From contig JAZQSB010000047.1 in NCBI GenBank assembly GCA_045629885.1, positions 1 through 38,334 of the forward strand: a stretch of 38,334 nucleotides of DNA, in the 5' to 3' direction. The stretch's first letter is position 1; each line of letters starts with the position of its first letter. The DNA comes from Eubacteriales bacterium (GTDB lineage: Bacteria > Bacillota > Clostridia > Oscillospirales > JAAYXM01). A program made the position numbers and the translations under genes. Below the pieces are notes generated by a model. It did not search any database, was not told the DNA's origin, and saw only the letters and a list, made by a program, of their open reading frames with translations. Shown here piece by piece: positions 21,467 to 30,277 of this stretch.

Positions 21467-22549
21467 TTACTTCAATGCAAGGCTTGAATTAAGAAGGCTG
21501 GAGCTGTAGAGGAACAACACATCGCTGTTTTGGAAATCCACAAACGAGCCGACCATCCCGCTTTGGATATAACGTATATCAACAAGCGTTACCTTGCTGT
21601 AAGCAGGAATAAGAAGAGGAGCAAGGCTTGAGGCGTAAGAGTCGCGAAATATAACAAGCTCGCGGTTTTCTTTCGCGGCGGGGTTTTCTGCAACAAGCAA
21701 AGCGTTGTTGCCCGAGAGGAAAAGCTCATACGGGTCGCGCCCGTTTGCCTTTTCGAAGTTATACACATACGAGTTCTCAGGACGTCCCGCGTCGAAGCTC
21801 GTCACGGAAACATTGTTTAAAATGTCGTTTGTGAGATACTTTATAGTATCAGGCGTAACGTTCATTGCAGACTGACCCGCATACACACCGTAAAAAGGAA
21901 TATTGAGGACATTTTCGGTGTACTCTACAGAAACATCTGCGCCCATTTCGGATGCAATATGCTCTGCTATGTCAACAATAGTCTCTTGCCGCCAGTGAGA
22001 ATCTGTGCGGTAAAAATCATCAAGCGATAAAAAGGGAAAAATGTCAATGTATCTCATATAGGGAGTTTTTTTCTGCATATACGAGACAAGCGATGAGTAG
22101 TCAAGTTTTAACGTATCAATTAAAAAGTTTTTATCCGGAACGATTGAGAAATACACGTTTGTGTTTGCATCTCTAAGATACGTATCGTAAATAAACTGGA
22201 ATCTCTCTGCCGCATGGTCGAGCATCGGTGTGTTTATTGGATAATCAAGCTTTGTGAGATGACCGTTTTTAACTATAACGCCGTTGTTATCCGAAAGGTT
22301 GAAAACATACTTTGAAGTATATGCCTTTACAGAGCGGAACACATCGCGGAACGGGAAAGCATCCGTAGCGTATTCTTCAAAGCCGTTCGCAAAATCGCCG
22401 GAAAAAATGCTTTCTGCTGAAAGCGCCGGCATAGGCGCAAGAACACGACGTTCACTTTCGGAAAAATCGTTTTTAGGGTAAAACCAAACAAAAAGAGTTA
22501 GAATCGTCAGAAGAAGTGCCGATGAAATCCATGTTATCTTATTTTTCAT
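21467..22549 (-). CDS. DHHW/AlgJ-AlgX-like SGNH-type protein (periplasmic-side acyltransferase partner)
   Basis: 360 aa. N-terminal signal-anchor helix and the motif FYRTDSHW. It begins 9 nt after the MBOAT stop. Confidence 0.75.
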   Translation of the reverse strand: MKNKITWISSALLLTILTLFVWFYPKNDFSESERRVLAPMPALSAESIFSGDFANGFEEYATDAFPFRDVFRSVKAYTSKYVFNLSDNNGVIVKNGHLTKLDYPINTPMLDHAAERFQFIYDTYLRDANTNVYFSIVPDKNFLIDTLKLDYSSLVSYMQKKTPYMRYIDIFPFLSLDDFYRTDSHWRQETIVDIAEHIASEMGADVSVEYTENVLNIPFYGVYAGQSAMNVTPDTIKYLTNDILNNVSVTSFDAGRPENSYVYNFEKANGRDPYELFLSGNNALLVAENPAAKENRELVIFRDSYASSLAPLLIPAYSKVTLVDIRYIQSGMVGSFVDFQNSDVLFLYSSSLLNSSLALK

Positions 22550-22558
22550 AGCAACCTC

Positions 22559-23947
22559 CTAAAAACTGAAATACAAAAATGGATTAAAAGAGCCGTCAAC
22601 CAGATATGCAGTTATCAGAATGAAAAGAATGAACAGTACCGGCGCTTCAAGGAAAGAAAGGCGCTGACCAAAGCGCGTTTTCTCAATAAAAAGCTTTGTT
22701 GCCGGGGTAGCTCCGATAATTGCGACGGCAAAGAGAAGAGAATATGAGCGCAGATAATAGAAAAACTCTGCATTTGCAAGCGGATACTCCCCTGATCCGA
22801 ACATCGCGCCTATATAAGCTGCTGCGTCCGGAAGAGTTTTTGCATCGAAAATAACAAAGCTTATAAGGACAAAAAGAGAGACGTATATATGAGCAATTGC
22901 ACGGCTTTTTTCAATATATCTTCCAAGAAATAGCTTTTCGGCAAGAAGTAGCACAGCAAAATAAAGTCCCCAAACTGCAAAGGTCCACTCAGCACCGTGC
23001 CAAAAGCCTGTAAGGCACCACACAACGAGGATGTTGAAAACAAATCGACCTTTTCTCACGCGGTTACCGCCGAGCGGGATATATACATAATCACGGAACC
23101 ACGAGCCGAGCGATATATGCCAGCGGCGCCAGAATTCTGAGATGCTTTTTGAAATAAACGGATAGTTGAAGTTTTCCATAAATTTAAAGCCAAATATCCG
23201 CCCGAGACCTATAGCCATATCGGAATAGCCGGAGAAATCAAAGTATACGTGAAGGGTAAAGGCAATTGCGTACATCCAGAAAAACGCAACGGATTTATCC
23301 TGCGATGCATAAAAAATTTTAACAAGCTCTCCAAGCTGGTTTGCTATAAGAATTTTCTTTGAAAGACCGAGGATAAGGCGGCGCGCCCCGTATGACAAAT
23401 CTTCAGAGGTGCTTGCCCGCTCACGCAGTGAGCGCTCTACATCAATATATCGTACAATCGGTCCTGCGATAAGCTGTGGGAACATCGTTATATATGCTCC
23501 AAGGTCAATGAGGTTTCTTTGAGCCGGAACGTCCCCGCGGTACACATCAACGGTGTAGCTTAATATCTGAAAGGTATAGAAGCTTATGCCAATGGGAAGC
23601 GCGATGTTAAGCAGCGGGATTGACAGCCCCGTAGCAACATTTATATTACTGATAAAGAAATCGGCGTATTTAAAATACAGAAGCGACGAGAGAGAAGCTG
23701 CAACAGAAAGAAAAAGAAGCACGCGAGCGATAGCGCTTCCACGCCGTCTTTCAATTCCCAGCGCAAAAAAATAACCGCAAGCGATTGTGCCGAGCATCAG
23801 GAAAACGTATATTGGCTCCCCCCACGCATAAAAGACAAGGCTTGAAAGAAAGAGTGTTCTGTTCCGGAGCTTTTTCGGTGAGAGAAAGTACAGAAGCAGC
23901 ACTGCGGGGAGAAAGTAATACAGGAAAGGTATGCTTGAAAAGAGCAC
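22559..23947 (-). CDS. MBOAT family O-acyltransferase (AlgI/DltB/PatA-like)
   Basis: 462 aa, polytopic. Characteristic FWRRWHISLGSWFRDYVYIPLGGNR and GFWHGA motifs containing the MBOAT His. GTG start after AAAGGAGG. Confidence 0.9.
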   Translation of the reverse strand: MLFSSIPFLYYFLPAVLLLYFLSPKKLRNRTLFLSSLVFYAWGEPIYVFLMLGTIACGYFFALGIERRRGSAIARVLLFLSVAASLSSLLYFKYADFFISNINVATGLSIPLLNIALPIGISFYTFQILSYTVDVYRGDVPAQRNLIDLGAYITMFPQLIAGPIVRYIDVERSLRERASTSEDLSYGARRLILGLSKKILIANQLGELVKIFYASQDKSVAFFWMYAIAFTLHVYFDFSGYSDMAIGLGRIFGFKFMENFNYPFISKSISEFWRRWHISLGSWFRDYVYIPLGGNRVRKGRFVFNILVVWCLTGFWHGAEWTFAVWGLYFAVLLLAEKLFLGRYIEKSRAIAHIYVSLFVLISFVIFDAKTLPDAAAYIGAMFGSGEYPLANAEFFYYLRSYSLLFAVAIIGATPATKLFIEKTRFGQRLSFLEAPVLFILFILITAYLVDGSFNPFLYFSF

Positions 23948-24172
23948 GTAAAAACCTCCTTTAAACGGGAACAGAGATAGAACGGAAACACAGTGGGTGT
24001 GCCACGGAGTTGAGATATAGAAATGTCGCCTATAAAGCCAAGCTGGTATAAATTACAGCAAAATCACGGCAAAAGGCTTCGAGTGCCAAACAAAGTTTTG
24101 CCATTAGCAGAAGCCTTCGTGATGAGCGCTTAATTTATCCGCTGCTTTATCCAGCGACAAAGCGTGGGGGTT

Positions 24173-24200
24173 CAAAGGGGTTCGCAAGAGAACCCCTTTG
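24173..24200 (-). terminator. GC-rich hairpin just after the lipoprotein gene stop (no U-tract)
   Basis: CAAAGGGGTTC, 6-nt loop, GAACCCCTTTG, an 11-bp perfect stem. It is not followed by a T-run on either strand, so terminator function is uncertain. Confidence 0.4.
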
Positions 24201-24211
24201 AGGGAGTGACT

Positions 24212-24982
24212 TTATTCTTCAAAGGACTTCGGGCACATAAGGAAGAATACCTTATTGCCGCTTTTTTCAACAATTGTCTGCTCTGCTTCCGTGCAGATGT
24301 TCCAGCGCGGGTTTGCTGCACCTTTAAGCGTACTTACAAAAGCGTCTGCACCTGATGCATCGGAAAGCTCAAAAACATAACCTACAAACGGAATTGTGCC
24401 GATAGCCGGAGCGAACATATATCCGCTTGAAAATCCGCGGATTTCTGTGTTGTCAAAGCCTGTGAGAAGACCTTCCTCTACAGGAACAACGCCGCCCATG
24501 AACTGAATAGAACTGTGGGAGAGAACCGCGTTTGCAATCTCCTCTGCACTTTTGCCGGAGTTTGCGCGCCATACGGCAACGAGGGTTTCGCCTACAGTTG
24601 TACCGGAGGGCTGAGTGTTATTTTCCGGTGCAGGTGTTGGTGCAGGTGTTGGTGCAGGTGCGGGTTCTGCCGGCTGCGCCGGATTCTGGGCAGGCTTGCT
24701 CTGTTCAGGGTTCTTTGAGGGCTTCGAGGAGGTAACGGGTTTTTTCTCCTCTTCCGGTGCATTTTCGGGAGCTTTTTCTTCATTCTTTTCGGTGTCTTCT
24801 GTTTCTGCATCGGAAGCTTTGTCTTCTGCCGGCTTTCCGTTCACGTCATCTGTGTTTGCTGCGGGGAGATCTGTTGCAACATTTTCGTTTTCGGGGGAAA
24901 CTTCGGGTTTTTCCTCTCCGCGGCACGCAGCAAGGGAGAGTGCGAGGGAAAGTGCGAGCAGGATAGCAAGTAATTTTTTCAT
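24212..24982 (-). CDS. Lipoprotein with Pro/Ala/Glu-rich linker and a C-terminal globular domain of unknown function
   Basis: 256 aa. Signal peptide plus lipobox MKKLLAILLALSLALSLAAC, then a long acidic/PAPT low-complexity linker. The C-terminal ~130 aa domain is possibly DUF4358-like, from memory only. Confidence 0.8.
   Translation of the reverse strand: MKKLLAILLALSLALSLAACRGEEKPEVSPENENVATDLPAANTDDVNGKPAEDKASDAETEDTEKNEEKAPENAPEEEKKPVTSSKPSKNPEQSKPAQNPAQPAEPAPAPTPAPTPAPENNTQPSGTTVGETLVAVWRANSGKSAEEIANAVLSHSSIQFMGGVVPVEEGLLTGFDNTEIRGFSSGYMFAPAIGTIPFVGYVFELSDASGADAFVSTLKGAANPRWNICTEAEQTIVEKSGNKVFFLMCPKSFEE
24627..24662. repeat. 3 tandem copies of a 12-bp unit (GGTGCAGGTGTT) inside the lipoprotein gene
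   Basis: Read directly. On the minus strand it encodes PAPAPTPAPTPAP. Confidence 0.8.
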
Positions 24983-25093
24983 TTCGATTTTCTCCTTATA
25001 TATATTATGTAGTTACCTGTATAGGATACCTCAAAACGGATATTTTGTCAACTTAGGCAACCGTATATTAGACAAAGATGCAAGACAAAAAGT

Positions 25094-25122
25094 TTGCAAT
25101 ATTTAAAAAAATATGTTACTAT
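25094..25122 (+). promoter_or_regulatory. Candidate SigA-type promoter for the 25146 ORF
   Basis: TTGCAA, a 17-nt spacer, then TACTAT, 24 nt upstream of the ATG. GTGAGGA RBS. Confidence 0.4.
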
Positions 25123-25145
25123 ATAAAAGAAAGTGAGGAATTTTT

Positions 25146-25907
25146 ATGAAAAAAACAGCGATAACGGGCATAGTGCTTGCGCTTTGCATAAGCTTTGCAT
25201 CGGCATCGGTGATAACGGCGCTGCCCACAATTATTCCGTTTGGTGGGGCACGCTTCATCGCGCCTGTTCTTATGTGCTCCGGACAGACTATTTCTCTTGC
25301 ACAGCAGGTAAAACGGGAAGAGATAAAAAGCGAAGAGAAATATATACCTCGAGGGAATGTGGCATACGTTGTGCGCGCAAACCAGCGTCTTAATATAGAA
25401 ACGGGAAAATACTACGGAGAGCTTACGCTTATCAATGAGACGGGACTTTTCGAGGTCAGCACCGTTGAAGACGTTGAAAACTATAACTTTATGCCTGTTT
25501 TTACAACGGAAAGAATTGGGAGGATTCCCGAATGGGAAGGCGAATTTATTCAGTTTGATATGAAGAAAACCGATAAAATACAGAAGCTTGAGCCGCGCCG
25601 CAGTGCGGTGAAGAATGCTTTTGACGGTGAGGATGGATTTTACCGTGTGAATGTTTCTTCGGAAAGAAACGGTGTTTTGTATTTCTACAATACGGCAAGT
25701 GATGTCGATGTTTCGGCAGAGCCGGTCCAGAGCCTAAGCTATAGTAAAAAAGGACATGAGGTGATTGCGATACATGGTGGTGAATATGCCGGAGAGGCTC
25801 TTTCTAAGGTGTCTTCTAAGTCAGGCATTCTTTCCGCAGGTGAAGGAAATGCTGTAATCCAGGTATACAAAGGCGAAATTATACGCGTTTTTTCATTTGC
25901 AGAATAG
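25146..25907 (+). CDS. Secreted hypothetical protein
   Basis: 253 aa. N-terminal signal peptide MKKTAITGIVLALCISFASASVITA. I recognise no motif in the mature part. Confidence 0.7.
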   Translation: MKKTAITGIVLALCISFASASVITALPTIIPFGGARFIAPVLMCSGQTISLAQQVKREEIKSEEKYIPRGNVAYVVRANQRLNIETGKYYGELTLINETGLFEVSTVEDVENYNFMPVFTTERIGRIPEWEGEFIQFDMKKTDKIQKLEPRRSAVKNAFDGEDGFYRVNVSSERNGVLYFYNTASDVDVSAEPVQSLSYSKKGHEVIAIHGGEYAGEALSKVSSKSGILSAGEGNAVIQVYKGEIIRVFSFAE

Positions 25908-26013
25908 CCGGAGTATATATGTATGTGCATAATACCCAAAAAAATAAAGTTTTAAAATTTGCAAGTTTTAATAAAAAAACGGTGTTTTTGATTTGATAAA
26001 GTTGTAAAGATGG

Positions 26014-26040
26014 GCGGTGTCTGTTGTCTGCAGGCACCGC
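26014..26040 (+). terminator. Candidate terminator after the 25146 ORF
   Basis: GCGGTGTCTG, 7-nt loop, CAGGCACCGC (10 bp including one G-U), followed by TGTTT. Confidence 0.45.
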
Positions 26041-26127
26041 TGTTTACAATTTAGTAAAATACATTTGTATATTCGGTATAGTTGACCTTGTACAAAAGTA
26101 ACAATAAAGGTTTGGTTAATTAGATAA

Positions 26128-26156
26128 TTTACTTTTCCGGGTCAAAGTGGTATACT
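26128..26156 (+). promoter_or_regulatory. Candidate extended -10 promoter for the msmK-like gene
   Basis: TTTACT, a 17-nt spacer, then TGgTATACT, about 60 nt upstream of ATG 26215. GGAGG RBS. Confidence 0.4.
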
Positions 26157-26214
26157 TTACTAGTAACATTGCAAGATGTGTTAAAATGTATAAAATTTTG
26201 GAGGTATATATACA

Positions 26215-27327
26215 ATGTCCAGTGTAAAGCTTAATCATGTCTATAAGCGTTTCGATGGCGGCGTTACAGCTGTTTCTGATTTCTGCATAGACATCGCAGA
26301 CAAAGAATTTGTTATCCTTGTTGGTCCGTCCGGCTGCGGAAAGTCCACAACTCTCCGTATGATCGCAGGTCTTGAAGAGATTTCTGAAGGTGAGCTCCTC
26401 ATCGACGACGTTCTCTGCAACGATGTTGCTCCGAAGGACCGCGATATCGCGATGGTTTTCCAGAACTACGCTCTTTACCCGCATATGACTGTTTTTGATA
26501 ACATGGCTTTCGGTCTTAAGCTCCGCAAGACTCCGAAGGATGAAATCAGGCGCCGCGTTGAAGAGGCAGCTAAAATTCTTGAGATTGACTATCTCCTCGA
26601 CAGAAAGCCGAAGGCTCTCTCCGGCGGTCAGCGTCAGCGTGTTGCTCACGGTCGTGCTATCGTCCGTAACCCGAAGGTCTTCCTTCTTGTCGCGCCGCTT
26701 TCAAACCTCGATGCTAAGCTCCGTGCTTCCATGAGAACTGAGCTTAGTAAGCTTCATGAGCGTCTCCAGACAACCTTTATCTATGTTACCCACGACCAGG
26801 TTGAGGCTATGACAATGGGTACACGCATCGTTGTTATGAAGGACGGTCTCATCCAGCAGATTGCAGCTCCGCACGTTCTTTATGATACACCGGCTAACCT
26901 CTTTGTTGCTACATTCATCGGTTCCCCGGTTATGAACACATTCGAAGGTCACCTCGTCGACGAGAACAACAAGACATACGTCGTATTCGGCGATGCTAAG
27001 ATTGAGCTTCCGGATTCCAAGGGCAGAAAGCCTGAGGTTATGTCCTACATCGGCAAGGATGTTATCGTTGGTGTACGTCCTGAGGCTCTCCATGATGAGG
27101 AAGTTTTCCTTAATCAGTATCCTGAAGCAACAATCGAAGCTAAGGTTGAGGTTGTTGAGCTTATGGGTCATGAGACATATCTCTACCTCAAGTGCCAGGG
27201 TCGCGACTTTATCGCTCGCGTTTCACCGCGCTCTACAGCTAAGGTTGGCGATACAATTAAGATTGCTATCGATACTCCGAAGATTCACATCTTTGACAAG
27301 GAGACAGAGCTTACAATTACCAACTAA
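26215..27327 (+). CDS. msmK: MalK/MsmK/UgpC-type sugar ABC transporter ATP-binding protein with an aberrant Walker B
   Basis: 370 aa. Walker A GPSGCGKST, Q-loop MVFQNYALYPHM, signature LSGGQRQRVA, D-loop SNLDA, H-loop YVTHDQ, and a C-terminal regulatory/TOBE-like domain. Walker B reads FLLVAP instead of the expected hhhhDEP. Confidence 0.9.
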   Translation: MSSVKLNHVYKRFDGGVTAVSDFCIDIADKEFVILVGPSGCGKSTTLRMIAGLEEISEGELLIDDVLCNDVAPKDRDIAMVFQNYALYPHMTVFDNMAFGLKLRKTPKDEIRRRVEEAAKILEIDYLLDRKPKALSGGQRQRVAHGRAIVRNPKVFLLVAPLSNLDAKLRASMRTELSKLHERLQTTFIYVTHDQVEAMTMGTRIVVMKDGLIQQIAAPHVLYDTPANLFVATFIGSPVMNTFEGHLVDENNKTYVVFGDAKIELPDSKGRKPEVMSYIGKDVIVGVRPEALHDEEVFLNQYPEATIEAKVEVVELMGHETYLYLKCQGRDFIARVSPRSTAKVGDTIKIAIDTPKIHIFDKETELTITN

Positions 27328-27336
27328 TACTAGAAT

Positions 27337-27374
27337 AAAAATAGAGAAACCGGATTTTCGGTTTCTCTATTTTT
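27337..27374. terminator. Bidirectional intrinsic terminator between msmK-like and Mrp genes
   Basis: AAAAATAGAGAAACCG, 6-nt loop, CGGTTTCTCTATTTTT, a 16-bp perfect stem. Confidence 0.85.
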
Positions 27375-27386
27375 TATTCTTGTAAT

Positions 27387-28235
27387 TTATGCTTTTTCTA
27401 TCTTGTCAAGCATATCGGAAAGAAGCTCACCGTTTTTATCTTCTATTCTGCCCTCGTCACAGAGAGAGGCAAGGGCGGGATCCATCGGGATCTGGCATAC
27501 GGTAGAGATACCAAGTTCTGCTGCGTGCTCGTGTATACGGCTTTCACCGAAGATATAGTGGCGCTCCCCGCATTTTCCACATTCAAAATATGCCATATTC
27601 TCAATTATGCCGAGAACCGGAATGTTCATCATATCTGCCATTTTTACAGCTTTGTCAACAATCATTGTAACAAGCTCCTGAGGACTTGTAACGACAACAA
27701 TTCCATCAATGGGGAGAGACTGGAAAACGGTGAGAGGCACGTCACCGGTTCCCGGAGGCATGTCGACAAACATAAAATCAACATCCGTCCAGATAACATC
27801 CGTCCAGAACTGCTTTACGGCATTTGCAATAACAGGACCGCGCCATACAACGGGGTCGGTATCGTTTTCAAGAACGAGATTTATGGACATTATCTGCGTT
27901 CCGCCACGTGTTATTGCAGGATTTAAGCCGTCATCGCTTCCTGTAAGGCTTTGCTGAACGCCAAAAACCTTGGGGATAGACGGACCAGTTATATCGCCGT
28001 CAAGAATTGCGGAGCGCTTTCCCCTCTTCTGCATTTCGGAAGCAAGCAGAGAGGTAACAAGTGATTTTCCCACGCCGCCTTTTCCGCTGACGACACCTAT
28101 AACCTTACTTATTTTTGAGAGCTTGTTCGGCTCTGCGAGAAAGCTCGACTTTTCGGTGCGGTCTCCGCACTTTTTCGAGCATTTTGAGCAGTCATGGCTG
28201 CATTGTTCGCTCATAGTTTTTATACTTCCTTTCAA
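27387..28235 (-). CDS. Mrp/NBP35/ApbC family Fe-S cluster carrier ATPase
   Basis: 282 aa. Cys-rich N-terminus CSHDCSKCSKKCG, deviant Walker A SGKGGVGKS, and C-terminal CGKCGE motif. Confidence 0.88.
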   Translation of the reverse strand: MKGSIKTMSEQCSHDCSKCSKKCGDRTEKSSFLAEPNKLSKISKVIGVVSGKGGVGKSLVTSLLASEMQKRGKRSAILDGDITGPSIPKVFGVQQSLTGSDDGLNPAITRGGTQIMSINLVLENDTDPVVWRGPVIANAVKQFWTDVIWTDVDFMFVDMPPGTGDVPLTVFQSLPIDGIVVVTSPQELVTMIVDKAVKMADMMNIPVLGIIENMAYFECGKCGERHYIFGESRIHEHAAELGISTVCQIPMDPALASLCDEGRIEDKNGELLSDMLDKIEKA

Positions 28236-28239
28236 GATA

Positions 28240-29112
28240 TTACAGCTTTGCCGATTTGGCGTAATTTATAAACTTCATTGCACAGCTTGACATATTGCGC
28301 TCCTTGCTCCAGACGAGAATTACCTTTGATTTTATTGGAACAGAGAGCGGAATGCTTACGATATTGGGGATTGTTTCGGCAATATCGCGGAACATAAATC
28401 CGCAGGCAAAGCCTGAAGAAATAAACTCCTTTATCATATAAAGCTGTGAGGACAAATGGACGATATTAGGCACAATTCCCGCAGCTGCAAATGCCGATGT
28501 TATGACGTCATACTGGATAAAACCCTTGTCAAAAAGAATAAGAGGCTCGCCGCGAAGGGAACGGATATCCACAGTCTTTTCACCTGCAAGGCGGTGTCCT
28601 TCCGGAACGCAGAAAACCGTTTCAACTTCGCCGATTTCAATTGATGAAAAGCGTGCATGGTCCACTACGTTTGTAGGGATAATCGCAAGATCAAGCGAGT
28701 CGTTTGCAAGTGAAGTGAGAAGGCTGTTTGCACCGAACTCGTGTGTAGATATATTTATTCCCGGCTCTATTGCGCGCAAACCGCGGTATAGCTTGGGGAG
28801 CTGGGAAATTCCCGTCATCGGTGGGATGCCTATGCGCAGCGTGTTGTTATCTGCGCTTTTATCCGACATAATTAACGCAATCCTCTCGGCGTGCTGCAAA
28901 AGCTCCTGTGCGTGGTGAAGAAGAAGCTCGCCTTCGCGTGTCAGCGTGAACCCCTTTTTCAGACGTTTGAAAAGAGTTACGCCAAACTCTGCTTCAAGTT
29001 CTTTTATTGCATTTGATATGGACGGCTGGGAGATGTGCAGTTCTTCAGACGCGCGTGTAATATTATTATACTTACATGCTGTGACAAAATACTGCAGCTG
29101 TAAAAGCTTCAT
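28240..29112 (-). CDS. LysR family transcriptional regulator
   Basis: 290 aa. N-terminal HTH MKLLQLQYFVTACKYNNITRASEELHISQPSISNAIKELE and a LysR substrate-binding domain. Confidence 0.9.
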   Translation of the reverse strand: MKLLQLQYFVTACKYNNITRASEELHISQPSISNAIKELEAEFGVTLFKRLKKGFTLTREGELLLHHAQELLQHAERIALIMSDKSADNNTLRIGIPPMTGISQLPKLYRGLRAIEPGINISTHEFGANSLLTSLANDSLDLAIIPTNVVDHARFSSIEIGEVETVFCVPEGHRLAGEKTVDIRSLRGEPLILFDKGFIQYDVITSAFAAAGIVPNIVHLSSQLYMIKEFISSGFACGFMFRDIAETIPNIVSIPLSVPIKSKVILVWSKERNMSSCAMKFINYAKSAKL

Positions 29113-29136
29113 TCGCTTTTCCTCCTTGTTTTTGGG

Positions 29137-29589
29137 TTATATATTATAGGTGCCTGCTTCAATTTCGCGTATCATATCCACGCGTGCGGCATGGCGTCCT
29201 CCCTCGGGGAGAGTATCGAGAAAAATATCGCAAAGCTCGATTGCAAGTCCTTCGCCTATAACGCGCGCGCCAAGGCATAGAACATTTGCATCGTTGTGCA
29301 GGCGCGTATATTTTGCGGAAAAATGCTCCGAGCAGACCGATGCACGCACGCCCGCTACTTTATTTGCAGCGATACTCATGCCTATGCCGGTTCCGCATAC
29401 AAGGATGCCGAAATCTGCGCTCTTTTCGGAAACGCTTTTTGCAACCTTATATGCAAATTCGGGGTAATGGCTTGATTCGGAGTTATACGCTCCGACATCA
29501 ACAGTCTCAATCCCGCGCTCATTTAAGTGCGTGATTATTTTTTCCTTCATTGCAAATCCTGCGCTGTCTGCGCCAAGTGCTACCTTCAT
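29137..29589 (-). CDS. rpiB: Ribose-5-phosphate isomerase B (RpiB/LacA/LacB family)
   Basis: 150 aa. MKVALGADSAGF and VCGTGIGMSIAANKVAGVRA. Confidence 0.9.
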   Translation of the reverse strand: MKVALGADSAGFAMKEKIITHLNERGIETVDVGAYNSESSHYPEFAYKVAKSVSEKSADFGILVCGTGIGMSIAANKVAGVRASVCSEHFSAKYTRLHNDANVLCLGARVIGEGLAIELCDIFLDTLPEGGRHAARVDMIREIEAGTYNI

Positions 29590-29590
29590 T

Positions 29591-30277
29591 TTAATTTCCT
29601 TCTTTCTTTAATCTTTCAAGTCTTTCGCGTTCAGCTTGCGGAAGACGGATATACTCGGGTAAAAGCTCGCCGGCGGGAACACATTCCGCCGCTTCGCCAA
29701 GGGATGCAACGTATGCGGCACGTTGATATCTTATATGCTCCGGAGCAAGGGGATATTTCTTGCCGAGAGCTTCATAGCAGAGAAGTGCGCCGTCTCCGGT
29801 AAGAACAACATCTTCATATGAAGAAAGCTCCTCGGAAAGCTCGGATATCTTAATTGCACGGTCAGGACACAGGCGGGAAAGACCGCCGTCCTCTACGCGG
29901 AAAAGCGCGTTGTAAACCTGCCCGGCGCGGGCATCCATTACTGCACAGATAATTTTTCCGCATTCCTTTGCCCCGTATGCTGCACACTCAAGCGTAGATA
30001 TGCCGCAACACGGAATATCCGCACCCATGGCAAGTCCCTTTACTGCCGCCATACCGATGCGAAGTCCGGTGAACGAGCCGGGACCGCGCGTTATTGCAAG
30101 CTTGTCAATATTAGAAAGGCAAAGACCGGTGCTTTTAAGCAGCCATTCCACCGATGGCATAACGGTAACGCTGTGGGTAAGACCGCAGTTTAAAAACACC
30201 TCTCCGAGGATTTTTCCGTCCTGGGCTATACAGACACTTGCCGCTTTAGCCGATGCCTCTATTGCAAGAATTTTCAT
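29591..30277 (-). CDS. tsaB: tRNA t6A37 biosynthesis protein TsaB (YeaZ)
   Basis: 228 aa. MKILAIEASAKAASV and GPGSFTGLRIG. Confidence 0.88.
   Translation of the reverse strand: MKILAIEASAKAASVCIAQDGKILGEVFLNCGLTHSVTVMPSVEWLLKSTGLCLSNIDKLAITRGPGSFTGLRIGMAAVKGLAMGADIPCCGISTLECAAYGAKECGKIICAVMDARAGQVYNALFRVEDGGLSRLCPDRAIKISELSEELSSYEDVVLTGDGALLCYEALGKKYPLAPEHIRYQRAAYVASLGEAAECVPAGELLPEYIRLPQAERERLERLKKEGN

Noticed and set aside
24615-25106. 163-aa plus-strand ORF (with 24532..24735 and 24757..24966) overlapping the lipoprotein gene
   Set aside because: It is an antisense mirror of the Pro/Ala/Glu low-complexity linker (GAGVGAGVGAG...). It has no RBS, and the minus-strand lipoprotein has a clear signal peptide and lipobox.
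26116-26649. 177-aa minus-strand ORF overlapping the promoter and 5' third of the msmK-like gene
   Set aside because: It has no motifs and overlaps a gene with unambiguous ABC ATPase motifs, so it is most likely a shadow ORF.
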